DNA of 64,000 bases from Puccinia triticina (GCA_026914245.1 CP110439.1:3472001-3536000), one strand, 5' to 3'; counted from the stretch's first letter, positions 37,909-51,164 are shown. Program-made: numbers and translations. The notes: generated from the sequence alone by a model not told the origin.

Positions 37909-39627
37909 ATGAATGGCCATTCTGCTTCTTCTCCTCGGGACCGTTTCTTGCAATTCTGGCCGCAGGTCAAGAAAGATGTGATCGAGTCAGCCCAGGCTGA
38001 AAATTTACCCTCGGATGCTTTAGATTGGTTCGAAGCAGTATGTACTTCTTCCCGTCAACCCTTTTCCTAATCACATCTGGCTATCCAGACTCGCCCGTTT
38101 TGCATCCTTCGAATCCAATCCATTTGAGACCTACACCAGAAACTAACGCTCACACATTGCACTCGTAGAACTTGGAATATAACACCCCTGGTGGCAAATT
38201 AAATCGAGGAACATCAGTGGTGGATACCCTTCAAATTCTGAAAGGTCGCGAGCTCGACCCAAAAGAATACCATTCAGCTGCCGTCTTAGGATGGTGTGTT
38301 GAGCTGGTAATCCCCCCTCCTATCCTTCTCACTTACTATAATACGGAAAATTATGTTTCTGTTTTCGATCATCTAATAGCTGACTCATTTTTTTTTCGCA
38401 TGAAAAACAAAATAATTTTGCGTGTCAGCTTCAAGCTTATTTCCTGGTGGCCGATGACATGATGGACCACAGCTTGACACGAAGAGGACAACCGTGCTGG
38501 TACAAAGCAGTTCAGTCACATGTAACTTGGCAAAATACGGATTCGGATTCATCATTGACACCTTGATTTTCTTGCTTTTTACCTCAACCCCTCAGCCCAA
38601 AGTTGGGAACATTGCGATCAATGACTCCTTCATGCTGGAAGCTTCAATCTACGTTTTGCTCAAGAAGCACTTCCGCAACCACCCGGCATATGTCAACCTC
38701 CTCGAATTATTCCATGATGTACGCTTTCATTCATCCATTGATGTGCAATCTTCTGTAAAAGCATTTCTTGCCCCTCTGACTACTAACTTGATTTGCTGAC
38801 CCTTTTCTTCAGACCACCTATCAAACCGAATTGGGTCAACTAGTCGATCTGTTAACAGCTCCTGAAGATTCCGTTGATTTATCAAAGTTTTCGATAGAGA
38901 AGTGCGTGATCTAGTCCTCTTCTCGTCCTAGTGATGTACTCAAACTGTCTGGAAAGCTTATTTGCCTTGCTTTAGACACCATCTCATCGTAGTTTACAAA
39001 ACCTCATTCTATTCGTTTTACTTGCCAGTGGCACTGGCAATGAGACTACATGGAATCACGTCCCCTTCGGATCCAGGATCGAACGATAGTTCTTCGATTG
39101 ACCTTTACAAACAAGCGATGGATATTCTCTTGCCACTTGGCGAATACTTTCAAGTCCAGGATGACTACTTAGATTGTTATGGTGACGCTCAAGTCATTGG
39201 AAAGGTCGGGACAGACATCGTGGATAATAAATGCTCTTGGAATATCAATGTCGCTCTGAAGAACTGCACCCCAGAACAGCGGAAGATTTTGGAGGTGAGC
39301 TTGACATCCGATTTCATTTTACCCAGAAAACAAATACAAGACTTGATACTTAACTTTTCCTCGATGCATCGACACTCTTTCGCCATGAACGCAAAATAAT
39401 TACACCGAAAACAGTCAAATTACGGACGAAAAGATAAGACGAGTGAAGCAAAAATCAAGGAAATCTTTGAATCCAAGGAAGTGAATCTAACAAAGAGATT
39501 CACTGAATACGAAGAAGAATCTTTCATAAAACTGAATGACTTAATCGATCAGATCGACGAAAGTCTAGGCCTCAAAAAGGAACTCTTTCGCGCCTTCTTA
39601 GCTAAAATTTACAGACGAATCAAATAA
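37909..39627 (+). CDS. ERG20: Farnesyl diphosphate synthase; exons 37909-38037, 38169-38306, 38429-38509, 38596-38718, 38813-38901, 38976-39294, 39415-39627
   Basis: GGKLNRG, first aspartate-rich motif [33 protein letters not shown], second motif [21 protein letters not shown]-terminal KIYRRIK; GT-AG introns keep frame. Confidence 0.96.
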
Positions 39628-41068
39628 TCTCCGTGTCTCATCTTTTTCATCTCACACTTCCGCGCAGTACATATGCCGATATACCCCATCCCATGGGTGT
39701 CAGTAGTTTTTCTGCAACTTGTGATGGTACTTTTTTTAAAATGTTTGATGAACTTCTTGTTTGTTTCTTGCTTGGTGATTGCTTGCTCAGAAAGTGAAGA
39801 AGCTGGTTGGATAACGTTGTCATGATGAATTGCCGATACTAGAATAATATAGATAGATGATAATATATAAGAAAAGTCAAGAAGACAAACTAACACTTCC
39901 AGCTATCATAAATTCTAGACAAGCAAAAAACGATGAAATAACATGTCAAATTAGTTACAAATACAATGACAACTGAGATATCCTTCACCTTTGTCCGGAG
40001 TCCCTCCTTCGAAGACACCTCGTGGTACTTGGGCTCCGTTTGGCCGGCCCTGAAAATGTGGGAGCATAATAAGCAAATATGCAGATTATTTTTGGGGGGA
40101 CAGGGGAAATGACGATATCTCATGTCTCTGTTTGGCATCCCACCAAGCGTCATAAACTTGAAGACCAGAGTTGACGCTCCATTCATATTTTGGTCTGACC
40201 CAAAATTTCCCTGTAATTTCCGCTTCCCACCCGCCTCAAACCACAGCCTCAGCGCTTTTTTTTTTTTTTTTTTTTTTTTTTAAGTGCAGTATTGTAAAAG
40301 AATCCAAGCAACTGAAAGATTGTATTGCTTGTTAGATAACTATGTACATGTATAGTGATCTGACTAGAGAGATTTGAGTAGAGGGACAGCGGCACAATCA
40401 TGTACCTGAAAGCAGGGCAGAACGTGCCCGGGATCTATGTCTTGAGAGTGAGAAAGGAAGTTGTGCGCTTAGCGCAGGCTTTGCCGGTTGACGTTTGTGC
40501 GTGCGGTGAAAAGTTGGGTCTAAGCCGAGTTATCGTAGTAACTTCGTCTTATCCTGTCTGAACGCCTGAGATGCGTCTGTTTCTGTTGGTCATTCAATTA
40601 AGATGCTGTTTTAGTTTTCTTTTGTGTCTTTTGTTTGTTCTTGGTCTGTTGTGTCTGCACTTACGGGTAGCATTAGCTTCCGACAGTCTGGCCAGTAGAT
40701 CTGGCTGGTTCTTGGGTCCAAGTCGATCCGCAAGAGTTCTACGAAGGAACGCGCTCAAGTTAGCCTTAGGGTTTAAGTCTGCTTGGCGCTTGCTCTCGGG
40801 ACGTACAAGGTTCTGTGCTTGTGCTGTGCTTGTCTTTGGGCTGGGACTGATAAGGTTCTGGTCTGGTTCGCTACTGTAATCGTCAAGCGATACTTTGGCG
40901 TTAGCTTCCATGGTTAGGGCTAGGGTCTGGGGGTCTGGGGTCTGGACTGCGGAAGGGCTTACCTTCCTTTGCAGCTGGGCTTGGGCTTGCGCCTCGGGCT
41001 ATCCGCGCGAGCTTCCTTAGCGGTTGCTGCGGGTGGACTTGGTCTGTATTCCTACAGCCTCGCATACT

Positions 41069-42329
41069 TCAAGTCGTGAGATTCGAAGTAGCTTCTGAGA
41101 TTTGGATGACTCCAATTTGGGCGAGGGATCGGCGAATGACAGATCTTCCGAGGGGTTTCGTGAGGAAGTCGGCAGCGTTGGCGCTCGTCTTGACGTATCT
41201 GAGCTTGATTGTCTTGAAGAGAATTAATTCCCGCACGAAGTGAAGGCGAATGTTCATGTGCTTTGTCCTGAAGCTGTTTTGAGAGGTCTTGCTGTTGGCG
41301 AGATCAATAGCACCTTTGTTGTCTACGGCTACATCAATGTTATCAACCGAGTTTTGCAGACCGATTTCGCCGATGAGGCTAGCGAACCAGGCTAGATCCC
41401 TTCCTAGATCGGATAGCGCCTTGTACTCGGCCTCCGCTGTTGAGAGGGAAACTGTGGGCTGCTTGCTGGATTTCCAGTTGAGTAAGTGAGAGCCCGCCGT
41501 GACCACAAAGCCGGTGGTGGAGCGCCTGGTGTCTGGGCAATTACCCCAGTCCGCATCAGAGAATGCTTTTAGTCGAGCTGATTCTGAGCGCTGAAAGGTT
41601 AGCCCGACTTGTCTAGTGCCTGACAAGTAGCGGAAGACCTGCACCGCGGCCTGGTAGTGCTTGATCCCTGGTTCCTCCAGGTATTGGGAGAGCTGGCTAA
41701 CCGCGAGTGAGATGTCGGGTCGAGTCAGGATACTGAGGTAGTTGAGTGATCCTACAAGTCCCCGGTAGTTGATGTTGAGCTTTTTCAATGTATCAATCTC
41801 GTGTGCGGTTGCTTTGGAGAGTCTCTCTCTGGGATTGAGTGGGCACGAAGCCGGATGCTCCCTGTCGAGTCCATATTCAACTAGCTTCCGCTCGACGTAC
41901 TGCGTCTGGTTGATCTGAAGGCCGCCGTGAAAGCGGTCAATATTCATTCCAAGGAGAAACTCAGCGTCGCCAGGGTATTTGATTTCGAATTCTTTTTCCA
42001 TCTCACTCCGGAAGATTTCTGGTTGATGGCTTATTATGATGATGTCGTCCACATGAGCAAACAGCCAAGTGGCAGGCCTGTTGGCTGCTTCATTTCTCCA
42101 GAACACGCATGGATCCGAGACGGAGATATTGAACCCGAGGGACTTGAGATATGTCGTCAGTTGCTTGTACCAGACAAGCGGAGCTTGGCGCAAGCCATAG
42201 ATGGCTTTCTTTAGGTGAAGTACCGAGTTAGGGGGGCATTCATAACCCTGAGGAGGCAGTAGAGTGACTGTCTCCTCCAGCGGGCACGTGAGGAACGCGC
42301 TCCGGACATCAAGCTGGTGAATCTTCATA
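41069..42329 (-). pseudogene. Copia RT (C-terminal part) and RNase H
   Basis: QLDVRSAFL, AIYGLRQAP, HVDD, SDADWG, STAEAEY, ADFLTKPL. Confidence 0.95.
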
Positions 42330-42333
42330 CCGT

Positions 42334-43629
42334 TGTGGTAGACGCTTTAGTTCTGGATGGAAAAATTCAAAAATTTCTAGTTTACATATGTAGTGTTACA
42401 TTAAACCATCTTTTGATACACACACTCCCTTCAGTTTACATACACAGTTTTACAAAACTGCATGTATATAGCTTACATACTACCCTTTTACATATATATG
42501 TGGCTGCGTAGCAACCAGCCAGCCTCATATCAACACTGGGTCGCTACGCTACGCTATTTCAGCGCTACGCGTTAGCGTAGCGGCAAAAAGCGCCCGGCTA
42601 TTTTGCATAGCGTTAGCGCGCTGTTAGCGCCGCTACGCTACGCTAATTTTCAGCGGCGCTAACAGCGCGCCAATTCTTTGTTAGCGTTAGCGCGCCGCTA
42701 CAGTCGCTACGCTACGCTGCGCTGCGCTACAGCGCTTTTAGCGGAAAAAAAGCCCTTTTTTCCCGCTAAAGGCGCTGTAGCGCAGCGTAGCGCGCGCTCT
42801 TTTGCGCCCTGCATGTTTAGCGTTAGCGCAATTGCGCGCATCTGCGCTAACGCTACGCTATCAGCTAAAATAGCTGCGCACCGCGTGCGCGTAGCGTTAG
42901 CGCATATGCGTGCAATTGCGCTAACACTACGCTAAAAAATAGCGCATTTGCGCTGCGCTACGCTACGCTAACCGCTATGGTTAGCGTAGCAACCCAGTGT
43001 TGCTCATATGCAGCTGTGTAGCAACCACAAGCCACTTATTACAGTAACCCAGCAACCACAAGCCACATTAATAAAGCGGCATAGTAACCATGGGGCTGTG
43101 CAAGTCAATCAAGCAGACTACACAGCAATACAGAAAGCTGTGCAGGTCACTTGAGAAGACTCCATAGCAACCAGAGGACTGTGTAAGCCACACTTGTAAC
43201 TAGATCACCAGCTAAATTTGCTCATGTATACACTGCCACACTGTACATAGCTGTATTTGCACAGCATTTGTAAAGGCACACCAGCCAAAACTCCTCATGT
43301 ACATAGACCACCAGCATAAATGCCTCACATTTTCCTATATAAGGAGGGGCTCTCAATGAAGGAGATCATTCCCCCCACAAGATTCAAATAAATTGTCACC
43401 CTCACACTCTCCGCCACATAATAAAATACTAGCTTTATATTTTGAAATACACAGTCCGTTGTGAGCCACTTGTGAGAAAAGTATTCAACTACACTAGACC
43501 ACTGTCTTCTTGCTTCCAGCCTAGCTGGGGGTGTTGTCAGTCTTTGTCTTTCAGAGAAGCAGGGGTTTCCCCTCACTTCCTTCTCTAAATTCAGCCATAA
43601 GAGGTGCAAACCGCTTTTGGAGTCTCACA
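42334..43629 (+). mobile_element. Solo LTR inserted in Copia RT
   Basis: TGTGGTAG...AGTCTCACA termini; 4-bp TSD CCGT; CCTATATAAGG box near 43335; removal restores INHG-MKIHQLD. Confidence 0.9.
42531..43002. mobile_element. 472-bp MITE with CAAC termini and 7-bp TSD, nested in the solo LTR
   Basis: 21-bp TIR CAACACTGGGT(C/T)GCTACGCTA; CTCATAT on both flanks; dense CGCTA/TAGCG motifs. Confidence 0.9.
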
Positions 43630-45019
43630 CCGTGGTTGATGGCAAAGGAGATAAGCAGCCGGAGGGATGCCGCCTTGCCGGTTGGAGCGTAAATGATGTT
43701 GAAATTTCTGCTGTGAATCTGTCGAAAACCTTGGGCGCAGATTCGCGCTTTGAATTCAATAACCTCGTTTGAGGCGCCGAGCTTCCGTCTGTACGCCCAG
43801 GTCGATGGGATTGGCTCATCGGATTTTAGTTGTTGGCGCACAGTCCAGACTTGATGTTTAAGCATGTTGGCGATTTCCTTTCGCTCAGCTTGCGACCAGT
43901 TGGCGCGGTCCGGGCCGCTCATGGCCTGCTTGTGGTTCTTGGGGTCCACGTCTATCTCAATTAGGAATGCTTGCCTGCGCCTCTTTCCTTGGATGATGTT
44001 ATCGGTGTCTATGCCGCTGAGGAACTCTGGCCGGTGCTAGGCCGGCAGCAGTTTGGGGAGGGGAAAGAAAGAAAAGAACCTGAGATGTGTATGCCCTCCG
44101 GGGTGATTGGCCAAAAAAGGAGCGCGGTGAGTAGTGTAGCGTTGGGGGGGGGATGATTTTACGACGGCTGGAGATGCGCGTCGGCGGATTTTGTTTTGAG
44201 AGAAAACCGGGGATACTGCCGGCGGAAGTGTGATCTATACCAGAAGATGAGGAAGATCGGCGTTTGCGGGGTAATGAACTTAAAAGGAGGAGAAACTTCG
44301 GGCAAACAGCTTGGCAAGACGTATATAACTTTGATTTTGATGGAGAGACTGAAAATTATGGTTCAGAGTAGGTCCATGCCGCTCCAAAGCCTGAGTTCAA
44401 ACTGAACTCAAACCTTGGAGTTGGTGACATGTAGCAGACATCTCATCACAACCTAGCGCGCATGCGCGCGCTACATCAAGACAAGAAACAGAAACAAAAC
44501 AAAAAAAAAGAACACAAAACAAACAACAAAAACCAACCCTTCTCATCCAAAACCCTAACCAACGCGCGCAGAATGAAAAAGAAAAATGACAACACTTGAT
44601 GAAAAGAAAATTAACAGGAAAACCAAACCACTAACACAGAAACAAAGAAAAGAAAGGAGGAAGGAAAAACCTGAAACGCCTTGAGGATGCGCGCCACGCC
44701 GCGCCACTGAATCTTGAGGAAGCCTTGAGGGCTGGGAACTTGAGGCCTTGATGTCTTGACTCTTGACGTCCTCCGGCGCGCGCCATGCGCGGCAAAAAGC
44801 TTGAGCCTCCGCGTGTACGAGATTGTCCACCACATCCACCCACGACTTGCAGTCTGTCCCTAGACTGCTCGTCCCATACCGTGCCTAAAGAAATCCAAGC
44901 CCTGAGAGAGAAAGAGAAACAAACCAGGCGCTCCCGTGGTGCTCACGAGCGTGGCAAGAAGTAGAGTTTTCGAAAATCGCGGTAGTAACTACCCGGGAGG
45001 TGCACACTTGGAGAGGAAC

Positions 45020-48000
45020 TTACTTGTGGTCAGCAACGTCCTCCCGGGAAAAGAACCTCTTCACTTGATCCGCGGCGAAGCGGCGCTTGAGCTCCGTGCC
45101 GTCCAGTTCCGCCAAGACATAAGAACCGCCTTGAACCTGCTCCACGACGCGATACGGGCCGTTCCACCGATGCGCAAACAACTGGCCCCACTGCACTTCC
45201 AGTGAGCGGTTGTAGGCGAGGACCTGATTGCCGGGCTTGAGTGGTTCGCGAATCTTCGAGCCTTGCTTCTCCTCCCAGTACCGGACCGAATCACCCCTAG
45301 CATCCATCATTTTCCTATAGGCGGCGCCGCGGGTCTCTTCGCTTCGCTCCAATTGCAGGGAGCGCGCGGCCAACAGATCCGCGGTAGTCTTGACCGAGTC
45401 CCAGTCCACGCCTAAATAAGATTCGATCTCCAGGTCCAAAGGAAGCACGGCCCGCTGGCCGAAAACAAGTTCATAGGGCGAATAGCCCGTGGTCCTTTTT
45501 GTTGAAATTCGGTCAGCAAACAACACCAAAGGCAAGAATTTGCGACAATTCTTGCCGCTTTCGCCCGCCATCTTCACTAGAGCCGCCTTGAGGGGACCAT
45601 GGCCGCGTTCCACCATACCTTGACCTTCAGGGTAGTAAGGCGTAGACACGCGATGCTGACCGGGTAGAGCTCGCAGCATGGCCGCCAACGCGCCGCCGAA
45701 TTCAGAGCCGCCATCAGTAGAATAAGCTTGCGCCAGACCGTAGCGCATGGTCCAATGTTCCTGCAAAAAGGCAGCCACGGCCTCCGACGTCAATTTATTG
45801 AGGATCTTGGCTTCAACCCAGCCCGAGAAGTCGTCCCTTGCTACAATTAGGTACTTCGCGCCGCCAGCTTTCAGATGCACAGCGTCTAGAGCTACCCGCC
45901 CGAAAACTGTTGCTTCGCCCGTCGGATAACGCAACTCCTGCGGGCGGCGAAGGTCTTTCTTTTGACACGCCTCGCAACTCCGACACCATCTCGCCACCGC
46001 CTCCTTCAGGGGCGGCCACCAAAAGCGTTCAGACACGCGTCAATAAGTTTCCGTTGAGCCACGGTGTCCCAAGTCCTCATGAAGCTTCGTAAGAATCTCG
46101 CGCTGCTTCGTCAGCATTGTGACCACTATTCGAGGTAGGGGACTTCCTCTCTTCATGAGGCGTCCCGATTGCAGAAAGAAATCCACCGATCGCCGCTTCA
46201 TTGCTCGGAACTCCTTCGTATCCATCCCTACCGGCTTAAGTAAGGTCGCCAAGAAACGCTCCAAGTCGCGCCAGTACCCTTGTTGAAAGCCATTGTAAGA
46301 GTCTTCCGCGCTTAGCGTGTAAGAATGCCGCGGCTTGATGTGCGACTCATCCTCGTCAAAGTCTGAAGGAGGGTCAGATTCGTCATCCCCCTGCGGGCGG
46401 CGTGAGAGTCCGTCAGGCATGGTAAACGTCTTTCCAGGCCGGTGCACGATGTCGAACGAAAACAACTGAATAAACGCAACCCAACGCGTCATAGGCGCGT
46501 TGGGAAGACTCGGGGCATTGATCATCTCGATCAGGGAGTGCGCATCCACTTGAAGCTCAAAGTGCTGGCCCCAAAGGACGGTCTGCAGCTTCTTTAAGAC
46601 CCGGGCCACACCGCATAACTCGAGTTTTGGTTGCGAATACCGAGATTCGACGTCAGAGAACAATAGAGATTCGTAAAGTGCCGGACGATCCAAACCCATC
46701 TGATCCTCCTGCGTAAGGACCGCTCCCGCCGCATGGAAACTGGAATCTACCGCGAGCTTGATCTTGCCCGCCTCCGGGCCGTAATCGATCTTCACTAGCA
46801 CAATGTCCTGACCAACGATTGTCTTGAGCTTCTGAAACGCGGCCGTGCATTCAGCGGTCCAGTTCCATTCGGAGTCCTTCCGAGTTAAGCGTCGCAGCGG
46901 AAGACAAATCTCGGACAGCGCGGGGATAAAAATGCGCACGTAGACCACGACACCCAGAAATCCGCGAACTTCAGTAGGGTTCATAGGAGTTGGCCAAGAT
47001 AAAATCTTGTTTACTTTACTTTTGGCCATCTTCCGCCCTTCCTTGCACACGACATGCCCCACAATCTCAAGTGCCGGAACGCAAGCAGCCAATTTGGAGG
47101 CAGACACGGTCAGACCGGATTCTTCGATGCGGAAGAGAACCCTCTCGAGGGTAGTCGCATATTCCCAGATAAAGCGCCGGATCCCAGGGTGCCACGTAAG
47201 CGTCTCATTCCCGTAGTCAGAAGCCGGGCCCTTAATGCCCCCATCATCAATAAATATTCCCGCATGATCAGGGATCTCATCCTGTAGTATCCAGACCATT
47301 TGCGCCTGGTATACCGCAACGGAATTTGTCGCTCCCTGCGGTAAACGTGTGAGCTGGAAACGTCCAAGCGGCGTGTCAAAGGTTGTAAGTGGACGAGATA
47401 TGGGGTCCAGAGCACGCTCGTCGTAGCCGCCCATAATATCGCCCAAACTGTAACATGTTCGACCGGCGAAAGACTCAACAAACTCCTCCGTAGCAGGCGG
47501 AACACCCGCGTCTTTAATCGTCACCTTATTCAAAGGCTGCAAATCGTGGACGACTCGAATCTTGCCGTTACTCTTGAGGACACAAAAGACCGGGGAGGTG
47601 TAACTCGACGTTGACTGTTTGTATAGTCCCGTATCTACTCGCTCGCGGACCACTCGGATGAACTCCTCGAGCTTGGCCGCCGGAATCGGGATTTTCTTTT
47701 TCTGCCACGGCTCATGTTCAACGACCGGTATAATATAAGGCATTCCGTACGACTCCTTCAACAGGCCGCGCTCTTGCTCCGTGAACGCTATGGACCGGTT
47801 GCGTTCAGCCAACACGTTTTTGATGAGATTCAGCTCATCTGACCACAACCACCCCGCAGGACCAAAGTTTACTACGGAAAGCTGATCTTCAGTCAATCGA
47901 CCTTGTGGCGCAAAGGGTCCCGTTAATGATCTGGAGAGGCCGCAATGCGGGTCACGAGATAGAGACAGACGACGCAGAGGGGGGTTGAGATTCTGAGGCA

Positions 48001-48907
48001 TGGGCTGATTCACCGGCTTGATCTTCCTCGCCACCGGTTTGTATTTTGCCGCAAAGGGCAAAAAAGCTCCACCGCGCCAGGATTCCGCAAGTGCTATTTG
48101 AGCCCGCAAACCAAGGCCGCATTCCAACAGGCGCCATGTCCGGTGCTTGACGAGATCTTCAAAAGCGGCCTTCTCTGCGAGAGTGGAAAGAAACACCGGC
48201 GTTCTGCTCACAAGTGTGGCCCGAGGTAGGGTTTTCAACAACGATGTGGCATCTTGCCCGGAGGTGCACAATTGGGAGGAACTTACTTTTGGTTCTCCCA
48301 ATTCCCCCGTCATTCCAAAATACACAAATCCTCCTTCCGCCGCCAACCAATATACCGCTAGTTTCACCTCATCGCAGAGGATCTTTAGTTTTACCTCGTC
48401 GCGGAGGCTTGGGAGTTTAGACTCATCGCGGAGTATAGCTAGATTAATCTCGTTGCGGAGAACGTCATGAGACGTATCTAGTTTATTCTCATTACGGAGA
48501 TGAGTAAGAACTGACGTTGGCGCTATTTTTCCCTCCTCGCGGAGGCGTGTTTGATAGATTGGAGGACCACCTGGGATAGAAAGCCACGGAGATTCGACAG
48601 AAGGGCTCACATATGTGGCAGGTAATGTTTTGGACAACTTCAGAGCATCAAGCCTGGAGGTGCACAATTGGGAAGAACTTACTTCTGCTTCTCCCTGCCT
48701 CCGCGCGCACCCGTTTTCCTCCTTTCCAACCTTCACCGCTAGACCCTTGCCGAGATAGCCACACACTTGAAAAGACTTGCGAGAAACCTGAGAAAACTGT
48801 TGAGAGATGACAGGAGGATCCGAATTGACGAAAGGAAATGTTTTACTGAGTTTTGAGTATTTTTCGAATGTTTTTTGGATTTTGACTGTTGATTTTCTTG
48901 ATGACAA
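45020..48907 (-). pseudogene. pol (RT-RH-IN) of unit 1, one in-frame TGA at 46040-46042
   Basis: KYKPVARK, VHDLQPLN, LPQGATNS, FIDD, VDSS, GHRG..CEAC, DGGSEF, GMVERGH; no chromodomain. Confidence 0.93.
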
Positions 48908-49022
48908 TGAAGCGAAAGGGGAAAAACGAGATAGCGCCCTTGAGTCTCCGAATACACAGTTGATTCCGCGGCTAGATCGTGAGACTCTATATTGAATCTG
49001 CCGCTCCCTGAATCAACCGATT

Positions 49023-51164
49023 CTACAAAAAATGCCGACCCTCCACCGGATCATCTCGCGCCTTCCCCTTGTGAGACAGCACCGCCTTCCTCCCATGGCC
49101 GGGAAATTCGCGCTCCCAGCGCCCTGTGTCGACAGAAGACAAAGAAATCTCGATCCTACGACCCGACGAATCGGGAAGCAGAATGCGGTCTCCTACCCGC
49201 CCGTCGAAATTCAAGGTGGCGTTGAAGTCCATAAGAAAAGGGCGCCCAAAAATGACTGGGCCGTCCATTCGAGTGATCCAGAAGTGACACGAACCGATGA
49301 TGGTCTTGCCCACTCGAATTGGGACATCTTCAGCTACGCCCACCAGTTCGCAGGCTTGATTGCCGATACCGTAAACAGCTGAGCTAAAATTCACTCGAGG
49401 GCTAATATTAAGCTTGTTGGCCATAGAATCCAATATCAGATTCAACTGAGACCCAGAATCAATCAACGGATGGGAGAGACCCTCCTCGTCACCTATGAAG
49501 CACGGCATGTGGCCCAATGGACAGGAATAAAGTCTCATGCCACTGATCTGACCATCGCCCTCGGAATCCTCCGCCAAAGTCCCAGAAGACACATGCATCT
49601 CGTCCGCTCCAACCTCGACACGCCTCCGAGATACCCATTTCTTCATCCCTTCCGCCACCGCCGGCGCCACCGCCAACAATTCGGATACCGTAACGTTCGG
49701 CACCGAAAGATCGAACATCTTCTTAAGCATTCCGTCGACCGCGTTGGGGTGATCCTTGGCGATACCGCGCTCAAAGCGCACCTTAGGGGACGGGGATGTA
49801 GACTTGCGCGCTACTGTCTCGGCTGAACTCTCCTTCGTCAATTCTTCTTCCGAACCAGACTTACAAGGCGTCACTGGAATACGATCAAACAGTTCCGGTT
49901 CCGCACCCATATCCTCCGTGTCCGACCCGTTCTTAGGCGTTGTCGTCCTTCGCGCTGGCTTCCTCACGACTGAAGGCGGTACCACAGGAGCCTTGAAGGG
50001 TTTCGGAGGCTCGTGCTTCTTTCGTGCCGGGTCTGACTGGTATGATCCAGAGAAAGACTGAGACGAGATGGTTGGTGGCTGCCAAGGGTCCAAAGATCCA
50101 CACGTCGCACGTAGCTCAGGCTCCTCAGCGTTACCCATCGCCGCTTTGGGCTGGTAGGATGCGACTACATGCCGAATAGGTCGAGAGTTGTCGATAGGGA
50201 TGAGGGCTCCATTAGGTAAAAAAAAACTACCACCTCTTTGCTCCACAAGCCTCGCCTCCTTGTCCTTCTGCAGCTCTGCGCATCGCCCCAAACCGTGCCC
50301 CTCCCTATGGCAGTAATAACACACCATAGGTCCTCGCGGCGTCGATGGTCGCGCCTGGTTGGCGAACTTCTGCTCCAAGCGTTGCTCGAACGACTGCAAC
50401 ATCCGTTCGATCTCATCCACCGTCGCCGGTGCCCTTGCCTGACTTGGGTCCTCCTTGGGACGACGATCGGTCTCCATCTTCTGCATCACGTCGTTCGCTT
50501 GCTTGAATTGGCCAGACTGGACCGGGACCTCGACGCGAGATCCTTCGAAAGTAAGTGCCGTCTGATTCTTCATCACTTCCTCCACGGCCTTCTTCAGGAC
50601 ATCAAACGTCGGCAACTTAAATCAGTTATCCTGGGTGGTAATCATAGTCTTGTCTCTGATTAGCTGCTCCCGGATCCTCTCCTGAAGACCTAGCAAAAAG
50701 GATTGATAATACAGCCGCTTGATCTCCTCGACAGAGTCGATGTGATCCTTACGAAGGAGGTACAATTGAATAGGCTGCCACGCCTTGCGAAATTCTTGAA
50801 AATCGACGACCGATCTGATGCCACCCTTATCCTTCCATCCTTGAACTAGATCTTCCAAGTCCCTCGTTGTAAAGCGGGCCGTATCTATCTTGCCCCAGTG
50901 CGAAAGCATAGCGGCCTTGAGAGAGGTCCAGCTCGGGTGGTCGAATCCATCCAGGGTCTCGACAACATCCTTGACCTCAGCCGTGCGAAGAAAAAAGCGC
51001 ACTTGCTGAGCCATATCAAACTCAGACGCTCCATTGATCCTGGCTGCCAATTGATAGTTGGCCAAGAACCGCTCCACGTTGGTACCATCAAAACCTAAGG
51101 ACTTGTCCTGCGGCTTAATCTTAACCATCCGACCTTCGGACGTTCCGGCCACTGGGTCCGCCAT
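49023..51164 (-). pseudogene. gag-protease of unit 1, one in-frame TGA at 50622-50624
   Basis: FDGTNVERF, Zn knuckle CYYCHREGHGLGRC, protease LIDSGSQ and IFGRPF. Confidence 0.93.

Noticed and set aside
40256..40281. Poly-T as the tail of a LINE or SINE
   Set aside because: No TSD or element body identifiable
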